Part shown: positions 34,440 to 46,802 of the stretch, piece after piece
How the letters are laid out: each line of letters starts with the position of its first letter
Position numbering within the stretch: position 1 is the stretch's first letter
From: Vibrio sp.
GTDB lineage: Bacteria; Pseudomonadota; Gammaproteobacteria; Enterobacterales; Vibrionaceae
Assembly (NCBI GenBank): GCA_050296215.1
Contig: JBNKRC010000001.1
Location: 40 to 64,039 of the forward strand
Length of the DNA stretch: 64,000 bases
Reading direction: 5' to 3'
Notes under the pieces: generated by a model
Database searches by the model: none
Told to the model about the DNA's origin: nothing
The model's input: only the letters and a program-made list of their open reading frames with translations
Made by a program: the position numbers and the translations under genes

Positions 34440-35116
34440 TGTTCAACTCCTGATTCACTTAAGTCAGGTAAAGGAAAACGGAATAAACCCTGACTCATAA
34501 CCTGACTATTATGCACCAGCAGTTTGTCGAGCATTTCCGGGCAGATTGACAACTCCAGCTCATCAAGCAACAATTTTGGGGCAATCAATGGAAATACCAT
34601 CAAGCTGACAAAACTCAGTTTGACCAGATTAGGATCAAGGTTTGGATTTAATTGCTGCCGTTCGGCTAACATAAAAACCCATTCACCAGCGCTGCCGAAT
34701 ATTTCCCGAAAAACGGTAGACAGGATGTTATAAGCTTCCTGATTACTCTGCTGTTGCAATACCTGAAAAACCAAACGAGACAACGCCGGAGAGCTGGACA
34801 TCATTTTGTAATATGCACTCATCAAATCGAGCGGGGAATCTGCCATGCTATGGCTATTCTTGCGCAGCATGTCCACAACCGGAGAAAATGTCTCTCTGAC
34901 CATGGTTTCAAACAGCCCTGCTTTTGAGCCAAAGTAATAGCGAATCATAGCAGGATCAACATCTGCTTTATGCGCAATTTGCCTTAACGAGACCCGATCA
35001 TAGTGATTGTGCAGAAAACAGTTGCGTGCAGCCTCTATTAACGCCGTTCGGGCATGCACATCATTTTTAGGTCGTCCGGGTTTGGCTGGCATAGATCCAC
35101 TCTCATATAATTCCAC
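34436..35116 (-). CDS. TetR/AcrR-family transcriptional regulator
   Basis: GRP...SLRQIAHKADVDPAMIRYYFGSKAGLF HTH; the start could also be 35092. Confidence 0.92.
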   Translation of the reverse strand: MELYESGSMPAKPGRPKNDVHARTALIEAARNCFLHNHYDRVSLRQIAHKADVDPAMIRYYFGSKAGLFETMVRETFSPVVDMLRKNSHSMADSPLDLMSAYYKMMSSSPALSRLVFQVLQQQSNQEAYNILSTVFREIFGSAGEWVFMLAERQQLNPNLDPNLVKLSFVSLMVFPLIAPKLLLDELELSICPEMLDKLLVHNSQVMSQGLFRFPLPDLSESGVEQ

Positions 35117-35253
35117 ATACGTTGAATATAGCGAATGAAAGATGAATTGGGGTGAGAATTAATTCTACAATTTGCCACATTGTGAAGAATAGAACACAAA
35201 AAAAGACGAGCACTCAGGCTCGTCTCAGATAATCGTATCGGTAAGAAGCGTAA

Positions 35254-35820
35254 TTATTTAACGCGGCTTACGTATTCACCAGAACGGGTATCCACGCGAA
35301 TCACTTCACCAATCTGAATGAACAGAGGAACACGAACAACCGCACCGGTCGATAGTGTTGCAGGTTTACCACCTGTACCTTGAGTATCACCTTTCAGACC
35401 AGGATCCGTTTCAGTCACTTCCAGTTCAACAAAGTTTGGCGGTGTTACCGAAATAGGGTTACCATTCCACAGCGTTAAAGTACAAGTGTTGTTCTCAACT
35501 AACCATTTCACGTTGTCGCCCACTGCTTTTACATCAGCCGGGATCTGTTCGAAGGTTTCGTTGTTCATAAAGTGGTAGAATTCGCCATCGTTATACAGAT
35601 AATCAAGATCGATATCTATTACGTCAGCCACTTCAACGCTATCACCAGATTTAAAGGTTTTTTCCAACACTTTACCTGACAGAAGCTTACGGATCTTAAC
35701 GCGGTTAAATGCCTGACCCTTACCTGGTTTTACATACTCGTTTTCGAGAATGACACAAGGCTCGTTATCAAGCATAATCTTGAGACCGCCTTTAAATTCA
35801 TTCGTGCTAACAGTAGCCAT
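35254..35820 (-). CDS. efp: Elongation factor P
   Basis: [24 protein letters not shown]. Confidence 0.98.
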   Translation of the reverse strand: MATVSTNEFKGGLKIMLDNEPCVILENEYVKPGKGQAFNRVKIRKLLSGKVLEKTFKSGDSVEVADVIDIDLDYLYNDGEFYHFMNNETFEQIPADVKAVGDNVKWLVENNTCTLTLWNGNPISVTPPNFVELEVTETDPGLKGDTQGTGGKPATLSTGAVVRVPLFIQIGEVIRVDTRSGEYVSRVK

Positions 35821-35853
35821 TTTTTCCTCTTACCATTCTTCGAGTTAACATCA

Positions 35854-36876
35854 ATGCCGCACATAATAACCCGAAAAATTGAATCTGTTGAGCAAAACTG
35901 GCTCAAAGAACTAACGAATGCGATCTCTGATCCTGAAAAGTTACTCAATTATCTCAATATCGACCCGGCCCCGTTCGCAAAAGGCTTCAGTGCCCGTACT
36001 CTTTTTGCGCAACGAGTCCCGGTCAGCTTTGCCAATCGCATGGAACCCGGGAATCCGGACGACCCTCTGCTGCGCCAGGTTCTGCCGCTGGAACAGGAGT
36101 TTGAGTTTCACCCAGGTTATTCGTCAGATCCGTTGGAGGAACAGGATACCGCTCAGCCCGGATTACTCCATAAATACAAAAACCGGATACTGTTAATCGT
36201 AAAAGGCGGCTGTGCGGTCAACTGCCGCTACTGTTTCCGCCGCCATTTTCCCTATCAGGAAAACAAAGGCAGCCGCTCGGTCTGGCAGCAAAATCTTGAT
36301 TACATTGCTCAGCATCCGGAAATTAATGAAGTGATTTTGTCCGGCGGCGATCCGCTGATGGCAAAAGATCATGAACTGGCGTGGTTAATCGAAGGGATTG
36401 AAGCCATTGAACATGTTCAGACGCTGCGGATTCACACCCGCCTGCCCGTGATGATACCCAGCCGCATCACAAGCGAACTTTGTTCTTTACTCAAACATAC
36501 CCGGCTTAACACCGTATTAATTACGCATATCAATCATGCCAATGAAATCGACCGGGAACTCGCACTGGCGATGAACCGGTTAAGAGACGCCGGAGTGACA
36601 TTACTCAATCAATCGGTACTGCTTAAAGGGGTGAATGATTCCGCCGAAGCGCTGATAAAACTGAGTGAAATGCTCTTTTCTGTCGGCATTCTGCCCTATT
36701 ACCTGCATGTTCTGGATAAAGTTCAGGGGGCTCACCATTTCTTTGTGCCGGATTCGCAGGCGCGGGAACTGATGCACCGCATCATTAAAGAGCTTTCCGG
36801 GTATCTGGTGCCTCGTCTGACCCGCGAAACTGGCGGACGGGCCAGTAAGACACCATTAGATCTTTACTTAGAGTAA
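35854..36876 (+). CDS. epmB: EF-P beta-lysylation radical SAM protein
   Basis: CAVNCRYCFRRHFPY, SGGDPL; divergent from efp. Confidence 0.96.
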   Translation: MPHIITRKIESVEQNWLKELTNAISDPEKLLNYLNIDPAPFAKGFSARTLFAQRVPVSFANRMEPGNPDDPLLRQVLPLEQEFEFHPGYSSDPLEEQDTAQPGLLHKYKNRILLIVKGGCAVNCRYCFRRHFPYQENKGSRSVWQQNLDYIAQHPEINEVILSGGDPLMAKDHELAWLIEGIEAIEHVQTLRIHTRLPVMIPSRITSELCSLLKHTRLNTVLITHINHANEIDRELALAMNRLRDAGVTLLNQSVLLKGVNDSAEALIKLSEMLFSVGILPYYLHVLDKVQGAHHFFVPDSQARELMHRIIKELSGYLVPRLTRETGGRASKTPLDLYLE

Positions 36877-36877
36877 G

Positions 36878-38329
36878 TTACCTGGAACCGGAGGTTGCCA
36901 CCGCCTGATACCCCCCCTCTTCCAGCGGATAGAAATCGACGTAATGATTAATCGCCGGCAAAGAGTCTTCCTCATGATGCGTCACATACAGCAACTGACT
37001 CAGATTCAGTTCGGCAATCCGTTCCAGTGTGTGATACACCAGTTTGCGGTTTAAATAATCCAGTCCCTGATACGGCTCATCCAGAATCACAATCGCCGGT
37101 TGTTTAATCAGCGAACGGGCAATCAGCAGCAACCGCTGTTGTCCGTAATCGAGCGACTTAAAGCTGCTATTGGCATATTGTGACATTTCCAGTGCCTGCA
37201 GCCAGACTTTTGCCAGTTGCAGTTCTCTGGCAGAAGGCTGCGTGTACAGACCTATCGAATCATAAAAGCCCGACAGCAACACTTCTATCGCACGACAGTT
37301 CACCCGGTATTGCAGATGCAACGCCGATGACACCACGCCAATATTTTTCTTGATATCCCAGATACTTTCACCCGACCCGCGCTTCATGCCGAGCACACAA
37401 ATATCGTTGCTGTAACATTGGGGATGATCGCCAAGAATCAGACCTAACAGGGTACTTTTGCCACAGCCGTTAGGACCGCGAATCTGCCAGTGCTCCCCCG
37501 CCTTAATGATCCAGTCTAAATCCTTAAATATCAGTCCGTCGGTATACTCCACCTTAACCTGATTCATCACCACCCGGAGATCAGGATACACCGTCGGTTC
37601 CTGATGCTGACGAATCAGTTCAATCAACACATCGCTTTTTTGTTCAGAAATAGCAGATAACTGCTGAATAACCGGATGATGGTGCCACTGTTCGGCGGTC
37701 ATGGTCTGAGTTAACCGCTGCTCATCAAACAACGCAATATGAGAAATACAGCCGGGTAACTCATCTTCACGGGAGGTCATCAGCAACAGCTGTACAGTAC
37801 CGGCCAGCTCGTCCAGCAATCCGGTCAGCCATTGACGGTGTGCAATATCCATCCCGGCATAAGGATCATCCAGAACCAATAAATCGGGGTGAGTTGCCAG
37901 TGCCCGCGCCAGCATCAGACGGCGGGTCTCGCCGGTGGATAACTGACGGAAACCTCTTCGACGCAGATGCAGCAGATCCATCCGTTCCAGCAAGGATTCA
38001 GTTTCGCTCTGTTCCAGGCAAATTTCTCCGATTAATTCTTCAACCGTCGAACCGTAATCAATACAGTCCATAAAATCGGTATCATCTTCAGCCAGTTCCC
38101 GCTCAAGTAATGTTTGCTGAAGAGCAAGAGAAACCACAGCGACTGAAGGAGGAATGTCAGACAGAACATCTGCCATGCCGGGAATATCCTGCATAAAAAC
38201 ACGGGATAACAGCTGAGCGGTTTGTGCCCGGGTCGTAAATACGCCCCAGTGCTGCTCCGGTTCGATAAACCAGTCATCAATACTCAATCCCTGAGTATCC
38301 TTTTTATAGTGAAGTCCCTGAATGCGCAT
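36878..38329 (-). CDS. Duplicated ABC ATPase, ModF-like
   Basis: LSTGETR, GPNGCGKSTLL..I.GDHPQCYSN, RGSGESIWDIK; start set at MRIQG (38329). Confidence 0.85.
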   Translation of the reverse strand: MRIQGLHYKKDTQGLSIDDWFIEPEQHWGVFTTRAQTAQLLSRVFMQDIPGMADVLSDIPPSVAVVSLALQQTLLERELAEDDTDFMDCIDYGSTVEELIGEICLEQSETESLLERMDLLHLRRRGFRQLSTGETRRLMLARALATHPDLLVLDDPYAGMDIAHRQWLTGLLDELAGTVQLLLMTSREDELPGCISHIALFDEQRLTQTMTAEQWHHHPVIQQLSAISEQKSDVLIELIRQHQEPTVYPDLRVVMNQVKVEYTDGLIFKDLDWIIKAGEHWQIRGPNGCGKSTLLGLILGDHPQCYSNDICVLGMKRGSGESIWDIKKNIGVVSSALHLQYRVNCRAIEVLLSGFYDSIGLYTQPSARELQLAKVWLQALEMSQYANSSFKSLDYGQQRLLLIARSLIKQPAIVILDEPYQGLDYLNRKLVYHTLERIAELNLSQLLYVTHHEEDSLPAINHYVDFYPLEEGGYQAVATSGSR

Positions 38330-39980
38330 TGTGATCCTTCTCTGACGTTGAAATATTACCTTCAAGTAAGGCAAATTGTTCCACCTTGTCTGCCTGATGA
38401 ATCCGGTAGTGCCCTTTACCGTTACGTTTTACTTCGTACATAATACCGTCAGCGCTTTCAAGCAGAGCCGTAATATTATACCCCTCCGTTATCGACGTAC
38501 TAACCCCGATACTAGCTCCCACGTGGGCCGATATCGTCGAGCTGATTTCAATCTCATTACGGAAAGAAGCCTGAATTTCATCAAGAATAACATGTAGCCG
38601 TTGCAAATTATCCAACAGCAGAGAAATAACAAATTCATCACCACCCCAACGCACGACGATATCATCACTGCGTAAGATACTACGTAAACGGGAGGCCACT
38701 TCTTTCAGGACAATATCTCCGGCTTCGTGACCATATTTGTCATTAACAGGTTTAAAATCGTTTAGATCCAGCAGTAATAATACAAAAATGGCATCGCTCT
38801 GTTTTGCAACAGCCATCTGCCTGGCGAACTTAATTTCACCGCCACGACGATTGAACAAACCGGTTAACGAATCATGGGTGGCATTGTATTCAAAATGACG
38901 TTCAAGCGCAGCGCGGTCAGAAATATCGTACACCACCATTTCAACAAACTGCCCCAGTTCTCCGCGCTTATCATCAATTAGTGAAAACAGCGAACGAACC
39001 CACACGTCATCATGTCCTTTGACTTTAAAATCACGAAAAATATTAATGTGCTGCTCACGAACCTGACGAATGACATCTTCCATTTCCGTTTTTTCTTCGA
39101 CTAAATCCGTCGCATAGTAATATTGCGTTTTATCCGTTGAGTCATTTTTGAATACGGCCTCAAATGCCGGATTGGAGAGCAAGACTTTATTCTGCGCATT
39201 AATCAGAGCTATTCCCGCATGAGAATACTCAAAGATCATCCGGAACTGTCTTTCCAGATGAGCAATTTTGGTATTTTTCTCAGAATCAAGTGAATAAGAA
39301 TCATGAATCTTTTTCACCATGATATTCATGCTTTCAGCCAGAAAACCAATTTCATCATCACTGGGAATTGTGATTGCCTGATGAGTGGTTGTAATGCCGA
39401 TTTGCACCGTGCGTAACTGAGCAACCAGGCTTTGAATGGGGCGGGATACGACTGAGCGAAACAGCACCAGGAAAACAATGACCACCATAAGAATCAGCAC
39501 CACCTGCCATACAACCAGAGACAGGCCCTTCTCTTTAGCCTGATGATTAACGAAATCCTGATTGATAAAAATGTCCAGTGAGCCAACTTGCCGGGTTTTT
39601 TCAAACTCCGTTTTCAGGCTGATATGAATATCTGAAACCGACGTATAGCGTACTTCCCCATTCGTCAGTTTCACGCCTGAGGATAGGGTAAAAATCACCC
39701 CTTTTATCTCAGGGATAGTACCAAGTCCGTTAACCGTTTCGGTCGCAAGTGAAAAATCATTAAGATAAGCCGCCATTGAGGCATTATTCCTGACCACAGA
39801 AACAAATTGCTCAATGCGGGAACGGGCATCTTCCTGTGCAGCACTAAATGCATGATGATAGCTGAGGATAGTGGTTGCAGGAATAAATAAGACCGCAACA
39901 ATAACAATTGATGCCAGTATTTTTAATTCAATATGTTTAGTTACCCATATGAATAACGAAAACGGTCTTGATGTTCTCAT
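38304..39980 (-). CDS. Membrane diguanylate cyclase (TM-periplasmic-TM-HAMP-PAS-GGDEF)
   Basis: DEIG HAMP motif, PAS-like region, DSLTGLFNRR, FKPVNDKYGH, RSDD I-site, RWGGDEF. Confidence 0.93.
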   Translation of the reverse strand: MRTSRPFSLFIWVTKHIELKILASIVIVAVLFIPATTILSYHHAFSAAQEDARSRIEQFVSVVRNNASMAAYLNDFSLATETVNGLGTIPEIKGVIFTLSSGVKLTNGEVRYTSVSDIHISLKTEFEKTRQVGSLDIFINQDFVNHQAKEKGLSLVVWQVVLILMVVIVFLVLFRSVVSRPIQSLVAQLRTVQIGITTTHQAITIPSDDEIGFLAESMNIMVKKIHDSYSLDSEKNTKIAHLERQFRMIFEYSHAGIALINAQNKVLLSNPAFEAVFKNDSTDKTQYYYATDLVEEKTEMEDVIRQVREQHINIFRDFKVKGHDDVWVRSLFSLIDDKRGELGQFVEMVVYDISDRAALERHFEYNATHDSLTGLFNRRGGEIKFARQMAVAKQSDAIFVLLLLDLNDFKPVNDKYGHEAGDIVLKEVASRLRSILRSDDIVVRWGGDEFVISLLLDNLQRLHVILDEIQASFRNEIEISSTISAHVGASIGVSTSITEGYNITALLESADGIMYEVKRNGKGHYRIHQADKVEQFALLEGNISTSEKDHNAHSGTSL

Positions 39981-40371
39981 TTTCGTCTCCCTTTAAAATG
40001 GACCCCAGCGCACTGGGGTTTTCCGACACCAGTTTTGCAATCTCTTTACTATCCGAAACCTGCATTGGCGGCGTAGCCCTGCCGCTGAACATTAAGCGCG
40101 CCCAGTAAGCATTGACTTCGGGTAAGGACATGCCGACCAAAGAGTAATAAAACTTCGTGCGCAATTCTGAATCGCCCGGAGCATCTATTTTAAGGACAGT
40201 CCCGCCTGACGGAAAATAGTGCGTCCGGCCCATATATAAATCGGTTAATTGCTGTTTAGTCAGCAACCGGATAGGATTTCGCTTATTTGCAACGACGAGG
40301 ATATCCTGAGCACACACCAATCCGGGCATCAATAAGCAAATAGCAATAATGTTAACAATGATGCACTTCAT
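39937..40371 (-). CDS. Small exported periplasmic-binding-fold protein (phosphate-ABC SBP-like)
   Basis: Signal peptide; VVANK.N....T..QL..LY.G, YWARLMFSGRATPP and V..NP.ALG motifs. Confidence 0.7.
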   Translation of the reverse strand: MKCIIVNIIAICLLMPGLVCAQDILVVANKRNPIRLLTKQQLTDLYMGRTHYFPSGGTVLKIDAPGDSELRTKFYYSLVGMSLPEVNAYWARLMFSGRATPPMQVSDSKEIAKLVSENPSALGSILKGDENENIKTVFVIHMGN

Positions 40372-40480
40372 TGAATACCATACAAATTTCCGACCGACTG
40401 TGGATAGGTCAACTCATTGAGAAACATTCATATAACCTCCCTCAGACCATGACACCGACTTATTAACGACATTGTAGCGA

Positions 40481-41716
40481 CTAAAAGATAAAACTCACGA
40501 GCAGGGTATAATTATCCAGAGACTGCGATACATTATCGTCATTCCGTGTATGTTGCTCCCATAAAAAAGCCTTATGTGCAGCAACCCTGGAGTGATCCCA
40601 TTGAGCCTTCAAAGCCACTCCGCGACAGATATCCCACCGGGTACCAAACGAAATCGTTTGCTGTTCACTATCGGTATAACCGAAAATGCCTTGAAGTGAG
40701 TCAGACATGATCAGATTTTCATCGACCTGACGCGGCGTCTTCGTCGTTTTTATAAATGAACCGATACCATAAATGCCCCAGTCACCAAACCGGCGGAAAA
40801 TACTGGCATATCCGGAAACAAATGGAAGGACGACCTCTGTTTCTGTCTCTAAATAAGAAAGCTCTGAATCATATTTCCAGTCTCCGTCCCGGTATTCAAA
40901 GCCCAGTGTATAGTAGTGAAAATCCCGGCCTTCCAGCTCCAGCGCACCAATCAAATCAGAAGCATCATAATGATAATACTCAGCCAGTTGGGTTAAAGTA
41001 TCGGTCAACTGAGTATAATCAGCATTTGCAAAATTGGCGACCTGTGACTGAGCATACCCTGCCCGCATCGTCATGTTATTGTTATCAAAGCGAACCGAAG
41101 CAGCAATATAAGGGGATAAATCATAGGAACTGTCTTCTGACACGGATAATTGCAAATCACTGGCCTGGCCGACAAACAGACGGGTAGACAACATTCCCTG
41201 ACTGAAAAAAGTACTGTAGGTGACATCACCGCCATCAAAATAATAGACAGGGATAGAACCGTAATACTCTACCGGTGAGCGTACCCAGTCGTAGGCATAA
41301 CCGACACTGCCAAATTCCGAAATCAGCGAGGTGTCATTGGAAATCCGTCCCAGACGAAATGTCCAGTTCGGATTCAGACTGTAAGTAAAATGGGCCCACT
41401 CCACATAAGAAGGCACATCATGAGTGATTCGGTCTTTAGCAATAAGCTGAGCACTAAAGCTAAGCGATGAGAAAAGAGGGGTGTCCACCTGAATACCCAG
41501 CACGGAATCCGTTTTCAGCTCCCATCCGCCAAACTGTCCATCCTGACCAATATCATTCCGGAATCCAAGTTCGCGGTTTCCTGCATGAGTTAGCGCTATG
41601 GTTCCGAATCCCCGGACCGATGAATGTTCAGTAACGGAGGCCATCGCCGGTTTAAAACAGATCAATATAAACCACACCATAACTGACGGAAAAAATATTA
41701 AGTAACGACAAATCAT
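40481..41716 (-). CDS. Putative outer-membrane beta-barrel (porin-like)
   Basis: Signal peptide, GFGT, VEWA, GYAYDWVRSP.E.Y, amphipathic strands, C-terminal Phe. Confidence 0.7.
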   Translation of the reverse strand: MICRYLIFFPSVMVWFILICFKPAMASVTEHSSVRGFGTIALTHAGNRELGFRNDIGQDGQFGGWELKTDSVLGIQVDTPLFSSLSFSAQLIAKDRITHDVPSYVEWAHFTYSLNPNWTFRLGRISNDTSLISEFGSVGYAYDWVRSPVEYYGSIPVYYFDGGDVTYSTFFSQGMLSTRLFVGQASDLQLSVSEDSSYDLSPYIAASVRFDNNNMTMRAGYAQSQVANFANADYTQLTDTLTQLAEYYHYDASDLIGALELEGRDFHYYTLGFEYRDGDWKYDSELSYLETETEVVLPFVSGYASIFRRFGDWGIYGIGSFIKTTKTPRQVDENLIMSDSLQGIFGYTDSEQQTISFGTRWDICRGVALKAQWDHSRVAAHKAFLWEQHTRNDDNVSQSLDNYTLLVSFIF

Positions 41717-41877
41717 AATTATTCATATGCATCTGATGGAATCTAGTGCGCTATTCTATGTTATTTCAGACAATTATCCTACCCGTCAAACAGCATAAAT
41801 CAGCCAAAAACAACCAACTTAATCTTATGAATAATAAAGAAATTTAACCTTGTTTTCGTTATTTTTACGTTACATAT

Positions 41878-41905
41878 AAAAAACGAGGCTTAAAGCCTCG
41901 TTTTT
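41878..41905 (-). terminator. groEL terminator
   Basis: aaaaaacgaggct-taa-agcctcgttttt. Confidence 0.75.
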
Positions 41906-41933
41906 CTCACATTTAAGAAGGTATAACAAAATA

Positions 41934-43589
<1,656 letters not shown>

Positions 43590-43632
43590 TCAATTCGGTT
43601 TTATTAGTTCGTTATTGAAGTAAGAGCCAAAA

Positions 43633-43923
43633 TTACTCGACAATTGCCAAAATATCGCTCTCAGAAAGAATCAGCACTTCTTTGCCATCAATCTTTTCTG
43701 ATTTTGTACCGTAACCTTCAGCGAAAATTACAGTATCACCAACTTTAACATCCAGAGGCTGAACGGTTCCGTTTTCAAGAATGCGGCCTTTACCCACAGC
43801 AAGAATTTTACCGCGAGTTGATTTTTCCGCAGCAGAACCAGTTAAAACGATTCCACCAGCAGATTTAGATTCAACTTCTTGGCGTTCAACGATAACTCGG
43901 TCATGTAATGGACGAATATTCAT
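43633..43923 (-). CDS. groS: Co-chaperonin GroES
   Basis: [12 protein letters not shown]...SAGGIVL. Confidence 0.99.
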   Translation of the reverse strand: MNIRPLHDRVIVERQEVESKSAGGIVLTGSAAEKSTRGKILAVGKGRILENGTVQPLDVKVGDTVIFAEGYGTKSEKIDGKEVLILSESDILAIVE

Positions 43924-43993
43924 CGGTCGTCTCTCCTGATTTAAATGTTCTGTATTAGTTAATAAAAAAGCTATTCATTAGCTCGTGCTACAT

Positions 43994-44024
43994 ATGTGGG
44001 GGATAAAAAGCCATAACCCAAGGG
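43994..44024 (-). promoter_or_regulatory. Probable sigma32 promoter of groES
   Basis: Minus strand CCCTTG...CCCCCACAT, an imperfect RpoH consensus. Confidence 0.5.
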
Positions 44025-44177
44025 GCGGCTATTAAAAAATGTGATCATTTTTGCGAATCACAAATTTCTCTGCTTACCTCGGGGGAGGGGCCGTCATCCG
44101 CTCCTGCGATAAATAGTCAACTATTTACTTTATTAACAACAATTACCATAATAGCTCATGCATCAATGAGGAATAGC

Positions 44178-44792
44178 ATGAAAACAGTCGATAAAATTCT
44201 CCATACCATTAAGCGTGATGGAGCAGTTACGGCCAAACAGATTGCCGAACAGTTTGACATAACCACGATGGGTGCCCGCCAGCATTTACAAAGCTTAGAA
44301 AATGATGGCTTAGTCGACTTTTTTGATGTGAAAGTCAAAGTTGGCCGACCTGCGCGTCACTGGGCTCTTACCGACAAAGGACACGAGCAGTTTGCCGACC
44401 TGCATGGTGAGCTGACCATCCAGGTCATTGAAGCAGTCGAACATCTTTTTGGCAGTGATGGACTGAGAAAAGTCACGCAAGAAAGAGAAGCACATACTTT
44501 AGCGGCCTATCAGAAAGCTCTGGCGGATTGCACAACGCTGGAAGAAAAGGTTTTTACCTTGGCAAAATTGCGGGAAAATGATGGCTATATGGTCGAAGTG
44601 GAGCCGATTGAGTCAGGTTACCGGTTAATTGAAAATCATTGTCCGATTTGTCGCGCCGCAATGCGCTGTCCCAGCCTGTGCCAGTCAGAATTAAATGTTT
44701 TTAGGCAGATATTAGGTTCTGAAGCCGAGATTTCCCGTGAAGAGCACATAGTTTCAGGGCAGCGACGCTGTTGCTACCTGATTACTTGTTGA
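44178..44792 (+). CDS. Winged-HTH regulator, SufR-like (Cys-rich C-terminus)
   Basis: N-terminal HTH, VGRP, ENHCPIC..A..CP.LC..EL, C-terminal RCCY. Confidence 0.8.
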   Translation: MKTVDKILHTIKRDGAVTAKQIAEQFDITTMGARQHLQSLENDGLVDFFDVKVKVGRPARHWALTDKGHEQFADLHGELTIQVIEAVEHLFGSDGLRKVTQEREAHTLAAYQKALADCTTLEEKVFTLAKLRENDGYMVEVEPIESGYRLIENHCPICRAAMRCPSLCQSELNVFRQILGSEAEISREEHIVSGQRRCCYLITC

Positions 44793-44913
44793 AAAAAATG
44801 TCTTAAAAAAAGAAATCCCGCCGATCAGCCGGTCCTTGCTTTTTTTTTTAGCCACACCTGTCCTAGTGTTTACAAAGTACCCATGTGAATTTGTATCCAT
44901 GCCGAGGTAATGT

Positions 44914-45243
44914 ATGTCTGACACCAGGACCTATCTACAACTTCCCCCATTTGAGGAATTAGTTGCCCTTGCCGAAGAAAATCCGGAAGCCTTCTCACTG
45001 CTAAAACAAGAACTTTGTGAAGAAGCCATATTATCTTCGCCATCAGCCATTCAGGATCGTTTATGGGCACTCCAGAGCCATATCGATCGCATAGTTGGGA
45101 GCTGTAAGAATCCGAATCATGTTAACGCCCGTTTAATACAGGAATTAAATAAGCATTTTGTCCGTTTTCAGGCAACTTTAAACGGTCACTATCAGCCTGA
45201 ATCTTCCGCCTCAGCGACAATTATTCCTTTCCCCCGCCACTGA
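44914..45243 (+). CDS. DUF3135-like protein
   Basis: LPPFEELVALA..NPEAF...Q..ID....CKNP; C-terminal IIPFP. Confidence 0.7.
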   Translation: MSDTRTYLQLPPFEELVALAEENPEAFSLLKQELCEEAILSSPSAIQDRLWALQSHIDRIVGSCKNPNHVNARLIQELNKHFVRFQATLNGHYQPESSASATIIPFPRH

Positions 45244-45318
45244 GAATGGCGCTATTTTCAATTCCGTCGTTGAATACGCTTCTACTTATACTACCAGGAA
45301 GCTTATTCAACGGCCGGA

Positions 45319-45669
45319 CTAAAAACAGGTCACTCTCGAATACCCGCTTACCTGGATATCCCTGATTTTGACGGTCAGGCTCTGAACATGTGCCGCCTGT
45401 TCACTGAGAATGGCCATTAACTGTTCCGATAGCGTACTTTTTTGCTGGGCAGAAAGCCCCTCGAGAGGCTCTAGCGTAACATGAATAAAATCAACCGAAT
45501 CACTCAGTTCGCCAACTAACCACTGATGCAGGCGCATTGCTCGCGACTGTATTGAATTAACCTCAAAATACTGGCTTTCAATAAGCGCGTTGTGCAGATC
45601 TTCCAGCAACGACTGCACATTTATTCTTTCATCAACGGAGTGAGTGTACTCCATAATTAAATTAGGCAT
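45319..45669 (-). CDS. 5-carboxymethyl-2-hydroxymuconate isomerase-like tautomerase
   Basis: N-terminal Pro (MPNLIMEY), FIHVTL; conserved next to tpiA. Confidence 0.8.
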   Translation of the reverse strand: MPNLIMEYTHSVDERINVQSLLEDLHNALIESQYFEVNSIQSRAMRLHQWLVGELSDSVDFIHVTLEPLEGLSAQQKSTLSEQLMAILSEQAAHVQSLTVKIRDIQVSGYSRVTCF

Positions 45670-45902
45670 AAACTCTCCATTTTCTCTTTTGTCCGATATG
45701 GTTAACTGCTTTTTCAACTAGCTTACAGTGAAATCTATGAATTCGCCCACAGATATCGTGGCCCTAGATCACATTTCAATAACTGCTAGTTTTTTATATA
45801 TCCAACAAAGTCATGTCCCTAGTCATGATCTACGCGATTTTATCTGGTATATTCACTTTCAATCTTATTTATTTTTCACTAACTGAATTTGGAGATATTC
45901 CT

Positions 45903-46673
45903 ATGCGTCGTCCTGTTGTTATGGGTAACTGGAAGCTAAATGGTAGCAAAGCAATGGTAACTGACCTGCTAAACGGTCTGAATGCGGAACTTGAAGGTGT
46001 GTCAGGTGTTGACGTTGCTGTTGCTCCACCAGCACTTTACCTTGATCTTGCAGAACGTCTGATCAAAGAAGGCGGCAACAAAATCATCCTTGGTGCACAA
46101 AACACTGACGTAAACAACAGCGGTGCGTTCACTGGTGATATGTCTCCTGCAATGCTGAAAGATTTCGGTGCTTCTCACATCATCATCGGTCACTCTGAGC
46201 GTCGTGACTACCACAATGAATCAGATGAGTTCGTTGCTAAGAAATTCGCATTCCTGAAAGAAAACGGTCTGACTCCTGTTTTCTGTATCGGTGAAACTGA
46301 AGCTCAAAACGAAGCTGGTGAAACTGAAGCAGTATGTGCACGTCAAATCAATGCAGTTATCGACGAGTGTGGCGTTGAAGCATTCAACGGTGCAATCATC
46401 GCTTACGAACCAATCTGGGCTATCGGTACCGGTAAAGCAGCAACAGCTGAAGATGCACAACGCATCCACGCTTCTATCCGTGCTCTGATCGCAGCTAAAG
46501 ATGCAGCAGTAGCAGAACAGGTTATCATCCAGTACGGCGGTTCTGTTAAACCAGAAAACGCAGAATCATACTTCGCACAACCAGACATCGACGGTGCTCT
46601 TGTTGGCGGTGCATCTCTTGATGCAGCAAGCTTTGCAGCAATCGCTAAAGCAGCAGCTAAAGCAAAAGCTTAA
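45903..46673 (+). CDS. tpiA: Triosephosphate isomerase
   Basis: [35 protein letters not shown]. Confidence 0.99.
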   Translation: MRRPVVMGNWKLNGSKAMVTDLLNGLNAELEGVSGVDVAVAPPALYLDLAERLIKEGGNKIILGAQNTDVNNSGAFTGDMSPAMLKDFGASHIIIGHSERRDYHNESDEFVAKKFAFLKENGLTPVFCIGETEAQNEAGETEAVCARQINAVIDECGVEAFNGAIIAYEPIWAIGTGKAATAEDAQRIHASIRALIAAKDAAVAEQVIIQYGGSVKPENAESYFAQPDIDGALVGGASLDAASFAAIAKAAAKAKA

Positions 46674-46700
46674 TTCTGGCAATAGCCACTTTTATACTGA

Positions 46701-46726
46701 AAGGTCAGCGAATGCTGGCCTTTTTA
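46701..46726 (+). terminator. tpiA terminator
   Basis: aaggtcagc-gaat-gctggcctt followed by a T-tract. Confidence 0.7.
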
Positions 46727-46802
46727 TTTGTCCGAACTAACCCGCTAGGAGAATGTCTTACTATCCAGTATTCTAATAACAAAGCCTTTACATACGTCCT
46801 AT

